NCBI GenBank assembly: GCA_040285855.1
Contig: JAUFOQ010000001.1
Coordinates: 1,488,001-1,552,000, forward strand
Direction of reading: 5' to 3'
DNA length: 64,000 nt
From: Eukaryota sp. GEM-RC1
Taxonomy: Eukaryota
Shown piece by piece: positions 11,934 to 23,307 of the stretch. The translations under genes were made by a program, and so were the position numbers. The number at the start of each line of letters is the position of its first letter. Position 1 is the first letter of the stretch. The notes under the pieces are model-generated. The model searched no databases, was not told where the DNA came from, and saw only the letters and a list, made by a program, of their open reading frames with translations.

Positions 11934-13021
11934 TACAAAGAAAGCAAGATTGTGATGGTACTGAAAGAATATAAATTAGAGTTCATGCAATTTTTACTAA
12001 GGAACATCACAATAAACAAATTGATTCATGTCATTAGTAGTTCATACACAATCGTAGTTTTTAATTATTGAAATGACTACTGATCAATTGCATAACGATA
12101 CTTACAAAATAGAGACATATATCTACTGTTGATAAATGTTACAATATAGAATTAGAGATGTATATCGGCTGAACTTAAAAAATACAGAAAAATACAAAAA
12201 ACACAAAAAAGTGTATTTCCCAACTATGGGCTGAAGGGCTGAGTCAATTGTCAAGCTGACCTGGCTTAAGCCACAAACTCTCAAGTCCAGTCCAATTGTA
12301 CTGCAGCCCGCCCGTCTTTGCGGATGGGCTGTGGCTGAAATTGGTGCAACACTAGACGTTTGTGATATAGACAAGAGGGAGTGAGAAATCTGTCAGGAGT
12401 TAATGATTAATTGTACAATTATACAATTTATGACAAAATGTATTGCATTCATAAATATGTTAGAAAAATGGACACAAAAATGAAATTTATTTGAACAACT
12501 AACACTGACTGTTGGTCTAGTGAATTGTTTGATATCCCACTTCGTCAGGGCTTTTAAATCTCGTATACTTTCCTCAGTGGGAATACCAGACTAAAGTACC
12601 CTTGTCCAAGAGCAGTTAGGATGAAGTCAAATCTCTTGAAAATTAATGAACAAGTCACGAACGTTTAAACTGCTCAGTATAACTCTTTTTGTCACATCTT
12701 TAAATTCTGTTCTTAAGAAACTCCAAAAACAGCTTTTAAAACATTGTGAATGTCTGTATTTTAAAATTGGATTTGGCTCAGTCAAAGAAGAAAATCCAGC
12801 ATTTGCAAATTTTTTAATTGATTTTAAACGACAGTTCTTCAGTTGCCTCGGTCAATCAAATTCCACAGTTTTGTGAATTGTTGCTGAATGATCATCAATG
12901 GACTACAACATTTAGACTTCGATGTTTCTTGTGGCCCTCTAATTTACCTAATGATTTTCAATGTACATGTGGTAAATTAGCTACTTATTTGTTCTCACCT
13001 TTTGAGTTGCAATCGTTGAAT

Positions 13022-13146
13022 CATCCCTAAGTGTGTTTTATGAAGACAGAGCTTCAACAAGGTTCTATTCGAAGGAATCTTTTTTTGATGACATTGAGTA
13101 TTAGATCATCTTTTTTTATTTTCGAATAAAATCGATATAACAAAAA
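13022..13146 (+). mobile_element. 125-bp 3' tip of a sister non-LTR family, inserted into the LINE copy
   Basis: 11-bp TSD AATCGTTGAAT (13011-13021, 13147-13157). Encodes SLSVFYEDRASTRFYSKESFFDDIEY*, which parallels the host family C-terminus LSVFYEEK...FNDIEF*. Followed by AATAAA and an A-tail. Confidence 0.8.
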
Positions 13147-13592
13147 AATCGTTGAATTACTTATAGAACTTACATTCATGATGCTGTTAGAGATTTGTGT
13201 AAGTCCTACAACACTGTTGATATCTCTTGAAATCAATAATGTAAATTATAGTGATTCTGAAAAGAATTTTGGCAACAGAAGAGCTGATGTCATAGTTTCA
13301 TCAGTCAATGATGGACTAACGATAGTTGATGTCATTACTGTGAATGTTTGCAAAAAAGTGTATTTAAGGATGCTAAAAATGAAGTGTCTGTACTTGATTT
13401 TTGCGAACAATACAAGAAAAGGAGATATAATGTACCATTGATTACTATCAAACATACTAGACATGTTGAGTACGAATTATGTTCTTTTGCTATTTCAATT
13501 TATGGTCGACTTGGTAAAGATGCTCTTTGTTTTCTCTCTGATTTTGAGAAAGTGGTCAAAAAAAGAATGAACAAGAAATTTGATTTAAAATT

Positions 13593-13785
13593 GGGAAATC
13601 GACCTAGATGCCTGGCCAATTCTCAAAACATCCAACATCACAAATATCACTTTTTCATTTAATGCATACTTCTAACTTAACTTCTACTTTTAATGATAAC
13701 ACATCCAACACAATCACTTTTAACGAGGGTGTCGTGTATGCTTCTATCCAAATTCTGTGAGAATTGGCATTTTGGTCGAAGCCCC
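13593..13785 (+). mobile_element. 193-bp MULE-derived MITE (deletion derivative of the element at 19.4-21.4 kb)
   Basis: 9-bp TSD TTTAAAATT/TTTCAAATT; the empty site is visible in the 28.8-kb LINE copy. Ends GGGAAATCGACCTA... and ...GTGAGAATTGGCATTTTGGTCGAAGCCCC. The first ~165 bp match the reverse complement of ~21240-21398. Confidence 0.9.
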
Positions 13786-14079
13786 TTTCAAATTTTGGTT
13801 GAATCGTATTGTTTTTACAATATTTAAAACAATTCCTGACATGATTTCAAATCATCTATTAGCTGTCAGTGTGTTTAATAAAGAAAAAAGCTTATGTGAG
13901 TTTTTAATGGCAATGATTATTGCTTTAATGATATTGAGTTCTAGTATTTGTGTTTATTTTAGTGTTGTTGTTCCATAAATATGTGATTTTTTTTAAAAAA
14001 AACTTTCTACCGTCACCAGTATTATGAAAAAGTGCAAGAAAAACAATAAATAAATATCTAAGACAAACTAATAATTTGA

Positions 14080-14400
14080 TCAATCGTCCTGCAGATCTTC
14101 AATATCAACAGCGGCAATTTAAAGTACTTCCAGTGAACCTCTCCCTCTGGTACACTCAGAGACAAGAGTCTGAACAGTATTCAACTCACCTGGAGGTAAA
14201 ACCACAGTAAAAACCGTCAATGCACCAAACTGTTGTCCTTCAATAGTACAAAAATCTGGTATTTTTTGTTTAAACTGTTTGGAATGTTGTTCTGGAATAG
14301 TAATCCGAACTCGCATTCTAGCTCGTTCAATGGGAATATTTTCCTGTTTAAATAAACTGAAGACTTCTAATGCTTGCTTCTTTGCTGATTGACCACGTGT
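14080..14400 (-). pseudogene. SBDS: C-terminal fragment of ribosome maturation factor SBDS/Sdo1
   Basis: QSAKKQALEVFSLFKQENIPIERARMRVRITIP...PGELNTVQTLVSECTRGRGSLEVL*IAAVDIEDLQDD* matches the SBDS domain II/III pattern. The 5' part is replaced by repeat-like DNA, and there is an in-frame TAA at 14119. Confidence 0.8.
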
Positions 14401-15494
14401 GTACGTGTTTTTTTAAACAAAAAAGCTAGAAAACTTCGCAAGTATCCTTTTATTTCCCTTGATCTTGTTTGACTTGAATGTTTTTCTATATGTTATACCC
14501 CAATAGACTACAATACTAGTACAAAGTGGTTAACAATAATGACATAATGCGCTGTCAAACACCAATTTAACTCAACAGAACCACAGAATCCCAGATTCAG
14601 TGATGAGATGTCAGATAAAGGCAAGAATTGGTACATGTATATGTAATCAAACTCTGCACCATTTATCAGAAACTTTTTTTAAAAAAACACGCATAAACGC
14701 CCAAAAGACACATCAAAGACATCGTGTGGACACGCGTGTTAACACAGACACGGTGTCTTTTAAAAAAACGTGGGAAATTTCGAACACTGATTGATATACA
14801 GTTGAAGGAACCAATGACAATACAATAACACTGTATCATATAGTTAAAACTTGGTTTTGTCCCAGTCTAAATGACTTGATGTAGTAGCAACAATATTGAC
14901 AAATGTCGACATAACAAGCTCCATTTTGAACTTTGAACTTAAGTCTAAATTTTCAAGAAATAATTATTCAATGTAATAGATTTGCTCTAAAAAGAGGGTT
15001 GAAGATGAATCTTAGAACCGTGACATGCATAAACTCTCAGGAACAACTTTTACAATAATCATAGCTGCTATGTATGCTATTATATAGTTCAAGTTTACAT
15101 ATCTATCTTCATTAACTTCATTCAGAGCAAACCTGTATTGGTAGTTGAGTCTAAAGAAACTATATGGCTGAGATTTCCAACTCAATCTGTTGTTTCTGAT
15201 AGTCAATAAGCAAACAGAAGTTAGTGTTGTTATTGTCTTGTTCAACAACTACAGTACTAGTAGTGACTACTACTGTACAATACGTAATCAATACATTGTT
15301 AAAAATGTGCAAGACAATACAAAATAATTTCTGCGGTTATTGTCACAGAATAATACCTTGAAAACAAGACGGTGCCACGTAATCATTTCTAAGAGTCCCA
15401 GTACAGTCTACCCTGGATATAGTGCGCTACTTTATATAGTGCGCCTTGGATATAGTGTGCACTTTTCACTGCCTGACATTTTGTCTCCACCAAC

Positions 15495-15712
15495 CAGGGA
15501 TTGGAAAGAAAATATTGGTATTGCAATTTATTGCAATAAGTACAATAACAATATGGTATTGTTGGTGTACACACAATAACAATAACGTATTGTTGGTACA
15601 TGTACAATAACAGTGTATTGTAATATAATGCTGAGTTATTGTTACTGAAGAAATGGTACAGTAGTGTTTTATAGAATCTTTGTGGAAGAATACATATATT
15701 TTTCAATCCATG
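15495..15712. mobile_element. hAT-type MITE (218 bp)
   Basis: Perfect 8-bp TSD CCACCAAC (15487-15494, 15713-15720). TIRs CAGGGATTGGAAAGA and CATGGATTGAAAAAT. Internal ACAATAAC repeats. Confidence 0.88.
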
Positions 15713-16117
15713 CCACCAACTCTGTTGGTATATCTCCTTCGGTCGTGCATTATCTTCTTTTGGTGCATTCCAACACCTTTGTTATAGTCTTCTTCCACCA
15801 ATAAACTTCATCGCGTTCTCCTTTCTCGATATGAGACTACATCAATAGTTGCTTCCGTGATCTCCGTGGACGTTACTCTTTATATGAGACAACTTCTATT
15901 CTTGACTGAGAGCATCTCAGTTCTCTCACTGACATTTCTTAGTACATCTAGTTCTTTAACAAAGGATGTACATAAATTTTATACATCAACTTCTACTAGA
16001 TGACGTTTTCTACTCGAATTGTCTTCAAATTAATCAATGCCTTTAAATTAATAAATTAATTTGAATCACTGCTTTATATTAGGAAACTTACCCACAAGAG
16101 AAATGGAATCAACTTTA

Positions 16118-17451
16118 TTAAACAAATTCAAGTTCATGACTACTATGATATAACAACGCATATGGATAATAATTACCACTACTTAATCTGGGAAGAGTTC
16201 CAGTCAGATTAATTGAAGAATTACTAACGGATTTGATTGTAAAAGTGTAATGAATTAAATTTGCATTGATTTCCAGCAATTCACCAGGATTCCACTTAGC
16301 TTTGTTGCCTGAGAGAGAGCCAGAAACCTGATTACTATTGAGAAAGGAGTGAGAATTCTCAAAACAACCACCCTGAACACTAAACTTTGACTCGTCAATG
16401 ACTCCAACAAAAAGACCACCAGTTTCCCCCTGGTACCTCAACTTCCAAGTATACACATTACCTGGAAGAAGTGGATCTTCTCCCAAGATATTTCTACACA
16501 CACGATCATCACCACCTCCAACAACTCTCTTCCCATCCCCACTAACTTGTAACTGAGAATGTTTCCTAGTTTGAGAGAATTTAATCATCTTTGATTGATA
16601 CAATAGTTGAGCTTCTGCAGCACTCTTTTTAATTCTTCAATTTCACTTTTTAATTTTTTAATATCTGATACTAAATTAGAATTTTCCTCAACCAAAGAAA
16701 CACCACAATGATTTTGAACTTTTGTAAACAAAAACTTCGATAAATCGTATTCCAATTCTTTTACATCTTTTAAAGGAACAAACAGACATTCATTCCATTG
16801 TTGTAAAGACAGCACATCAATTGGACAAGAATTTAAAATATTTAGAAAATGATTCGCACCTAAAGACTGATTCAAAATTGATTCCACCAGTGATTTGATG
16901 AACCACGACTGTGATTGAGTAGAAGTGCCGTATTTGACAAGTGTTTTAAACCCTTCACTACTGATTGCCATCACGTCATCAATCAATAGGTCATCAATCT
17001 TAGAAAGAAAAGGACCAATGAATTCCAAAGCTCTCAAGTCATTTCTTTCATTTGCTTCTTTTATGAATGGTTTTAACCAAGTCCAGGTTACGAGATGAGT
17101 GTTGAGGTGGTTTTCGATGTGGTGAATGAGTTTATTCACTTGGAAGTAGTGGACGAGGTAGTAGAAGTCGTAAGCATTGCTCTCGTTGAGAGTGAAAGCT
17201 CTTTCATAGAAGGACTTGATGAAGAGGAAGAAGTTGTCGGAACTCACGGGAAGATGGGAGAAGTCAATGGGATTCTCGAGCTTGTCCCCAAACTCCAAGA
17301 ACCAGAGGGATCGGAAGTACGTGGAATGAGCTGCTAGTACGAACTTATTAACTTCAATAGATTCTTCTCCAAATGTAATGGTTTGGTTAGAGAGGAAGGG
17401 TTCAACTAGAATGATGGATAGAGTTTCAATTGAGGGTAGAGAGAATGACAT
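16118..17451 (-). CDS. BTB/POZ-short-coil-SPRY protein, copy C (1 frameshift)
   Basis: ORF 16585-17451 (BTB) plus ORF 16118-16603 (SPRY). One extra A in TTAAAAAGAG (~16628) restores LKKSAAEAQLLYQSKMIKFS. Confidence 0.88.
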
Positions 17452-17493
17452 AGTTCAACACTAAAAAAATTGACTTGAGAATGTACTCCTCAA

Positions 17494-17859
17494 GTATGTT
17501 CGGAGTCACCTCAAACCGTGTTGAATGGAGTTTTCGAGAAGTTCAACACGTGTTGAATATGTCATTCTTCTATGCCACTTCAATGAAGCTGGGTAAGTTT
17601 CTACTGTTCTTGATAAAACTATATTGAATAAAGGTAGAAAATTCCAGTTTACTCCAAAGTTTACTTAAATGTATGGATTATTGATGAGCTCTTCATGTTA
17701 TCAGTTCTGGAATCGTTGAAAATTAGTTCTAATTTATCAATTTGGTTCGGCTGTAGCATGAGTGAAAAATAGATGTGTTTTTCCGTTGGTTGAACTTAGA
17801 GTGAGTTGTTCTGTTCTTCTGCTCAAAATATATTCAACACCGTGTTGAACCGAACATAG
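17494..17859. mobile_element. MITE (366 bp) 43 bp upstream of copy C
   Basis: 8-bp TSD CTCCTCAA (17486-17493, 17860-17867). TIRs GTATGTTCGG and CTATGTTCGG. The uninterrupted empty site is seen in the paralogous upstream region at 2259-2266. Confidence 0.92.
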
Positions 17860-18089
17860 CTCCTCAATGAGGAGTCCTCATAGTTTTCTACAGATTTGAA
17901 AATGTCATTCAGCATATTACACTAGTTTTTTCACCAGCAGATGATGATTATTCAGTACTAGAATATCGTTGGTTGTTTTAACGACACTCAAACTCAACGA
18001 CCTAAGGCTTACCAACGACATCTTGACTGTAGATATCTTCGTCTTGAAATAAGATACTTTGAATGGCATTTCTAATTTCGACATAGAAA

Positions 18090-18250
18090 AAAGCGACTCT
18101 ACAAACGATTCAGAAACCTTCGTCAATTGTTTTTGTACATAATATGAACGGTTGGCGCTGCTCCAGATTATAGGAACATGAATTTGATCCTTTCGTTCAG
18201 TCGAGTAATGCAACGGAGTATTACCTTGATTGTCAACTGGTAATGGTGAA
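18090..18250 (-). pseudogene. Ankyrin-gene remnant homologous to ~3415-3590
   Basis: LPVDNQGNTPLHYSTERKDQ versus LPVDSQGNTPLHYATERKDQ. Its orientation relative to the adjacent BTB gene is inverted compared with locus A. Confidence 0.75.
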
Positions 18251-18302
18251 TCCGCAAGAATCTTCCACAAGACAAATTTTAAATTTCATTTCTTCTCCTT
18301 CC

Positions 18303-18704
18303 ATGTCATATTCCTACACTTCAGAATCTTCTTCCAGTTCCTCAGATGAGAGTGATCAATGTTCATTAAGCAATGATGGCAGGTTTGTCTACTGTCTCTT
18401 TCCAAAGAGTTGTAACAGACGGCACATAATTACCCTGTTAGATGATCACGACTACAGTTATCATCGAGATTCCATTCAGATCTCGAAGGCTCTTCCACAG
18501 TTTACTACGAAAAAGGTCTATATCACGTTTCAAACAGCTCACCAAGCCAGTAGGTTCATTGAAGACGAATTGTCTTTGGACACATTCAATTTACACCCAA
18601 AACTGGTCTACTCAGTGCCAACTTCTGTGTTAGAACGTTACCCACTGATTGACAACAATCTATCTGATTGCGCCTCGTCTGACTCAGATGACTATTTGAG
18701 TTAA
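18303..18704 (+). CDS. Small protein with Ser/acidic termini and a possible divergent RRM-like domain
   Basis: Open frame. FVYCLFP...KKVYITFQTAHQASRFI resembles RNP2/RNP1 spacing followed by a helix. Confidence 0.45.
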   Translation: MSYSYTSESSSSSSDESDQCSLSNDGRFVYCLFPKSCNRRHIITLLDDHDYSYHRDSIQISKALPQFTTKKVYITFQTAHQASRFIEDELSLDTFNLHPKLVYSVPTSVLERYPLIDNNLSDCASSDSDDYLS

Positions 18705-18947
18705 ATCTTTTGACTTGGATTTCTTCTTTTTATCACCCTACAACTTGTATATACCATAAATTGTAATAAACAACGTGTTAGTTTTATTGAAAAGAAGTTC
18801 GTTGTTATTTCCATGTAGGCTCTTATGTCATCAACAACGATGCGAAATTTGAGAGATGTCTTACCACAATTAGTAGAACCTTATCAACAATCCGTAATTG
18901 CATTTAGAGTTCTACAATCATGGTTGAAAATGCCAGAGTTATTAAGC

Positions 18948-18992
18948 AAAATGATCACATGATATCCACTGTGGATATCATGTGATCATTTT
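18948..18992. repeat. Perfect 45-bp palindrome (22-bp arms, 1-nt centre)
   Basis: AAAATGATCACATGATATCCAC-T-GTGGATATCATGTGATCATTTT. Confidence 0.95.
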
Positions 18993-19450
18993 TAAAGTTT
19001 GAATCATTTTTTTTCCTTTTTTTTAATCACTTTTTTTCATGTTTAATTCGTTACCAATCATTCAGACAAACAAAAAGCGAGAAACTGAAGCGTGGCCAAC
19101 AATTGGCTGAACTGCAGATCATGTGTGTCCAGCGGTGTCAAGCTGTCTGTGCAGATGCGTTGTAAAATGAAAGTTTCTTCAATAGGGAGACATGTCATGT
19201 TCAAAAGCACACTTTCAAGTTGAAACCGTCAACCCATTTTGACAAATGTACCGTTATAATGCTGTCCGTTCGATCCATGTCAATGATGATTTCTCGTCGT
19301 CATGACTGTCATGTAAATACCGGTTCCTAAATTAGCAACACGTATGAAAAACTAACTGAATATTCAATCTCAATCCCAAAAACTGGCTTAGGAACATATA
19401 GTGATGTTATGAGCTCAAACGGAGCTGAACAGTAGGGTTACTCGTCAATT

Positions 19451-21398
19451 TTAGTTGGAAAATGTTGTAAATCCGAGGTTGAGGTTGAGTATGAAGTACA
19501 GTAAAAACTGTCTATAGCGTGAAGCGTCGGAAAACGACGCCTCCACAGCGTCAGGTGTTAACCACAAGTCATTGGTCTCCCAGGGATCTTTCTGTGTCGC
19601 TTCAGGTTGTTTTGCGTCTTTTAACAATCGTTTTCTTACTTGCAGTGGTTTAGCTCGTAGTCTGCGTGGTCTTCCACATCTTTTCTTGACGTCTGGTGGG
19701 GTTGGATTGGGAAAATGAGCAACATCTTGCCACTGATTCTTTGAAGGTATAGGCATAATAGCTTGGCTGTAAGTTCTAACATAATTCTCAACATGGTATA
19801 CTTGTTCTACACCCTTGATAGGTGCAATTTGGCATTTGTGATATGCGGCAAGTGCATGTGCACATGGATATCCGGTTCTCTGCCATTCCAGGCATGAACA
19901 TTGTCGTTCATCAATACTTACTAAGTGAACTTCACTTCCACTATCAACTTCAGCTATTACACGATCCAAATTGTGACGTAAACTAACAGACAAAGTTAAT
20001 CCCAACTTCTGATTTTCCATGAGCTTTTCCTTAATTGCAGGAACTACAACTTGCCTCTTGACCTGCATTGATCTTCCTTTTTCCAAACGGTCTGTAAACC
20101 AGTCTGCTAACTTACGACGAAAATTTTCTAATAAAGGGATAATTGGAAGACCACGAAGTGAAGCAATCCAACTGTTTAGACTTTCGGCCACATTACTAGT
20201 CACATGTCCATACTTGTTTCCAGGAAAATACACTGTTGTCCAGTTTTCTACTCCAACTGACATGAGAAATAGATATGCTTTTTCTGAAAGACTCTTAATA
20301 AGGTTCATAGCAATGAGGAATTCAGCTTCTGTAGTTGCTCTGGCTGCTTGCCATACGGCGTTTATCACTGGCTTTTTCCTACACTTCTTAGCAACATTTT
20401 CCGCTAAATGTCTCACACAAAAAGCGTGCGGAGAGTCTGGAAACTTGTTCTTTACGGCATCTATGAGGCCTTTCTGACGGTCACTTATGAACACTTGTGG
20501 AGCTGCTATAGTTCGCAGGATGAGATACATTCTCTCCATAAACCAGTTCCAGTTGTCTTTATTTTCTTGTTCCACAATTGCCACAGCCAATGGGAGTAAA
20601 TGACCATTTCCATCAATTGTGGTCGCTGACAAAAGAACACCTCTGTAAGTTCCATGAAGATGTGCACCATCAAGTGCAATTATGTTCTTGCAGTAAGGAA
20701 TTGCCGCAATACATGCCCCATAAGAAACAAACACCCTTTTAAAGCGAGAATCGTCATACACATCATAACTACACACAGAATCAACATTGCTTTGTCTCAG
20801 ATAATGGAGAAATGCAGGAAGGTTTGTATATGACTCTTCAAAGGAACCGTGTACGGCTGTTCGGCAACGATTTCTGACTCTCAGTGCCTGTTGTTCACTG
20901 ATGGAGTCTTTTGGGAGAGAGCATTCAGATTCCAACAGACGAGAGACTTCTTTAGCTGGAACTAACGAGTTTGAAGATACCATTCTTTCCAGTGATTTAT
21001 TGGAAGAAAGAACATGAATAGAAGGTATATGTGCCGTTTCACAGCTTGCAAGATCACCAGTACATGTATGATCTGTGTATTGTCTCACAACAATAAGTTC
21101 AGAGGGAGACTTTTTTGATGCACGTAAACCAAATAAGCATCCTAGACGCCTACAGCACAGAGTGAGATGTTTCTTATCACTTCTCATTCTTATCAGTGGT
21201 CGTCTACTCTGTGTTTCATAAAGTTGCACAGTATTTCGCAGAATTTGGATAGAAGCATACATGTCGCCCTCGTTAAAGGTGATTGTGTTGGATGTGTTAT
21301 CGTTAAAAGTTGAAGTTAAGTTAGAAGTATGCATTAAATGGAAAAGTGATATTTGTGATGATGGATGTTGTGAGAATTGGCATTTAGGTCGATTTCCC
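19451..21398 (-). mobile_element. MULE/MuDR-type DNA transposon with an uninterrupted transposase ORF (likely ATG 21334); only the 5' TIR located
   Basis: DDE core ALDGAHL / FISDRQKGL / CVRH / TSNVAESLN, SWIM finger CSCLEWQRTGYPCAH, and a GRPRR motif. The TIR at ~21370-21398 is defined by the MITE at 13593. Confidence 0.92.
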
Positions 21399-23307
21399 AA
21401 CTCGGGCGTAAAACTCTATATGGCGTGCACTTTTCACGGTCCGACATTTTCCTCTCCTTTTTCCCATATGACATCCTGTCTGTCGCCTCTATCAGTAGTT
21501 CTCTTTGGTAATAAACTGTCGTATTGCTGGCGTTCATTCTGATAACATCTTTTGATCATCAACTTGAAGTTGTATTACCTTCTTTCTTGACTTCACATAT
21601 ACCGGACATATTTCCTTTGATACCCCTGACATCCCCGTCTTAGCTGCCTCGTCAACATCATCCCTTTCACATCTTGCTCATTTCAGATTATCTTTGGTGT
21701 TACAGCTTCTAACAAATGTAACTCCTCCATCAAAACCCTGTTGGATGTTGATTGCCGTACCACAAGAACTTTTGTATCTAGCAACCCTCCATACTCTCCA
21801 AAAGAGTTCCCTAAAAGAGCATAACACATGGTCTAAACCAACGCTATAACGTAGACGTAGACGGAAGATATATTTATGATAAACAACCTTATTGAATCGT
21901 GTTTATGGGAAGAACCAACAAGAAACTATACAGAACTACCATGAAGCCAAAGAACAAACCCAAATTGATAGGGAAATAGAAGGGGTGATGGAAGAGGTAG
22001 ATCCGTTCTCATAATCTCTGGAGATTCATCACTCATCTACTCAGAGAGGAGGGTGATACAAGGGATACAACAGGTTGCTTGGAAGATGAATCGTGTCATC
22101 ATAGGTTTAAGCGAGATGATCATGTCTTTTCTTCCCTCTTTCATGTCCAAATAGGGTCAGAATGAAGTTACTCCACCGGAACTTCCGTATCTGGGTGATT
22201 TCTTGAATTCCGTTGAAAATATTTACCACCCATATTCTAGACTTGTCCATTCTTCCTTCTCATCCCATGTAGTTATGTCCACGATATGGATATTTGGATG
22301 ACCCATACTTTGTTCTTTCTAGATCTTCTTGAAATAAACACTCATTGTTGAGAATGAAGCTGCACAGTGCGTTTATTCTATATAGCGTGAAACTCTATAT
22401 AGCGTAGGTACATATAGTCCCGCTATAAACAGTGTTGACTGTATATTGAATTGACGGTTGAATTCCATACAAGTTCAATCAATTTATGTTATTGTCTCCA
22501 AGATCTTAAAGACAAATTAGCACTTTCCAGCGAAATATATTTTTAGTTTACAGTTACAGTTACATATTATTTTAGTCGTTAATGTGGGTCATGGAACGCA
22601 AATGTTCCGTACCACGACGATTTTAGGCGTACTGTACCGTGCTATACTTTTGACTGACTAAAATGAATTATTATTATTTTGAGCATGATGATCCAATGTG
22701 AGATTTTCAACAGTTACCATCGTCATATATTTTACCGTTAAACATTGCTCAGGATATCAATATCGTGATTGTCACACATATTCACATTTAGGGTACGTCA
22801 TATGCTGACCACAACTTCCCCAAAATGACATTTCTACGTACGAAGCGCAGCAATCGCACGAAATCCACATCAGTAGTAGCGTCTTCGAATCACAATGCAT
22901 TTAAGGAGGGACGACGACGAAAAATAACAATGATAAAGGGCCCAATAACCCTCGGATTGGATTTCTAAACGGTCAGATGATGTAGTAGCAATTGCAATAG
23001 TACTGTGTTTGACTAGTGAATGAACCTCTACTCAAAAAATAATATTTATAAATCCATCTCTGATTATTCGGTAAGCACAGTTTTGACATTCCCACAAAAG
23101 TACGAATTTGGATAAATAAATAATGAATACTAAGTCTAATCCAAACGACTGCATCCCAAAAATGAGATGTGGATTATGACACAACGTCATTAATCTGGAG
23201 ATGTAATTTCGCGAACTCTACTAGTAGATCAAAAGTCTTTCACATATCGAATTTTAACTATTTTCAAAAGACGGAGACTTCCAATTCAAGTTAAAATCGA
23301 AACTTCA

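Larger units (their letters stand above)
12690..14001 (+). mobile_element. Degraded, 5'-truncated RLE-type non-LTR retrotransposon (same family as 28659-30131) carrying two nested insertions
   Basis: Colinear with the reverse complement of ~28690-29640 (LKKLQK.LLKH, LNDHQWTTTFRLRCFLWP, RRADVIV, FWLNRIVFTIFK). Ends in an A-run at ~14000. Confidence 0.9.

Noticed and set aside
14119..14121. Alternative genetic code (TAA=Gln or TGA recoded), suggested by in-frame stops at 14119, 39627 and 58967
   Set aside because: TAA, TAG and TGA all terminate well-defined genes here (SPRY TAA, dynamin TAG, RNase H2C TGA), and long ORFs are free of internal stops.
20019..20477. Antisense and overlapping ORFs on long genes (also 28967-29257, 37522-37845, 43244-43618, 52394-52717)
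   Set aside because: They are shadows of the real coding strand or frame, with no independent motifs.
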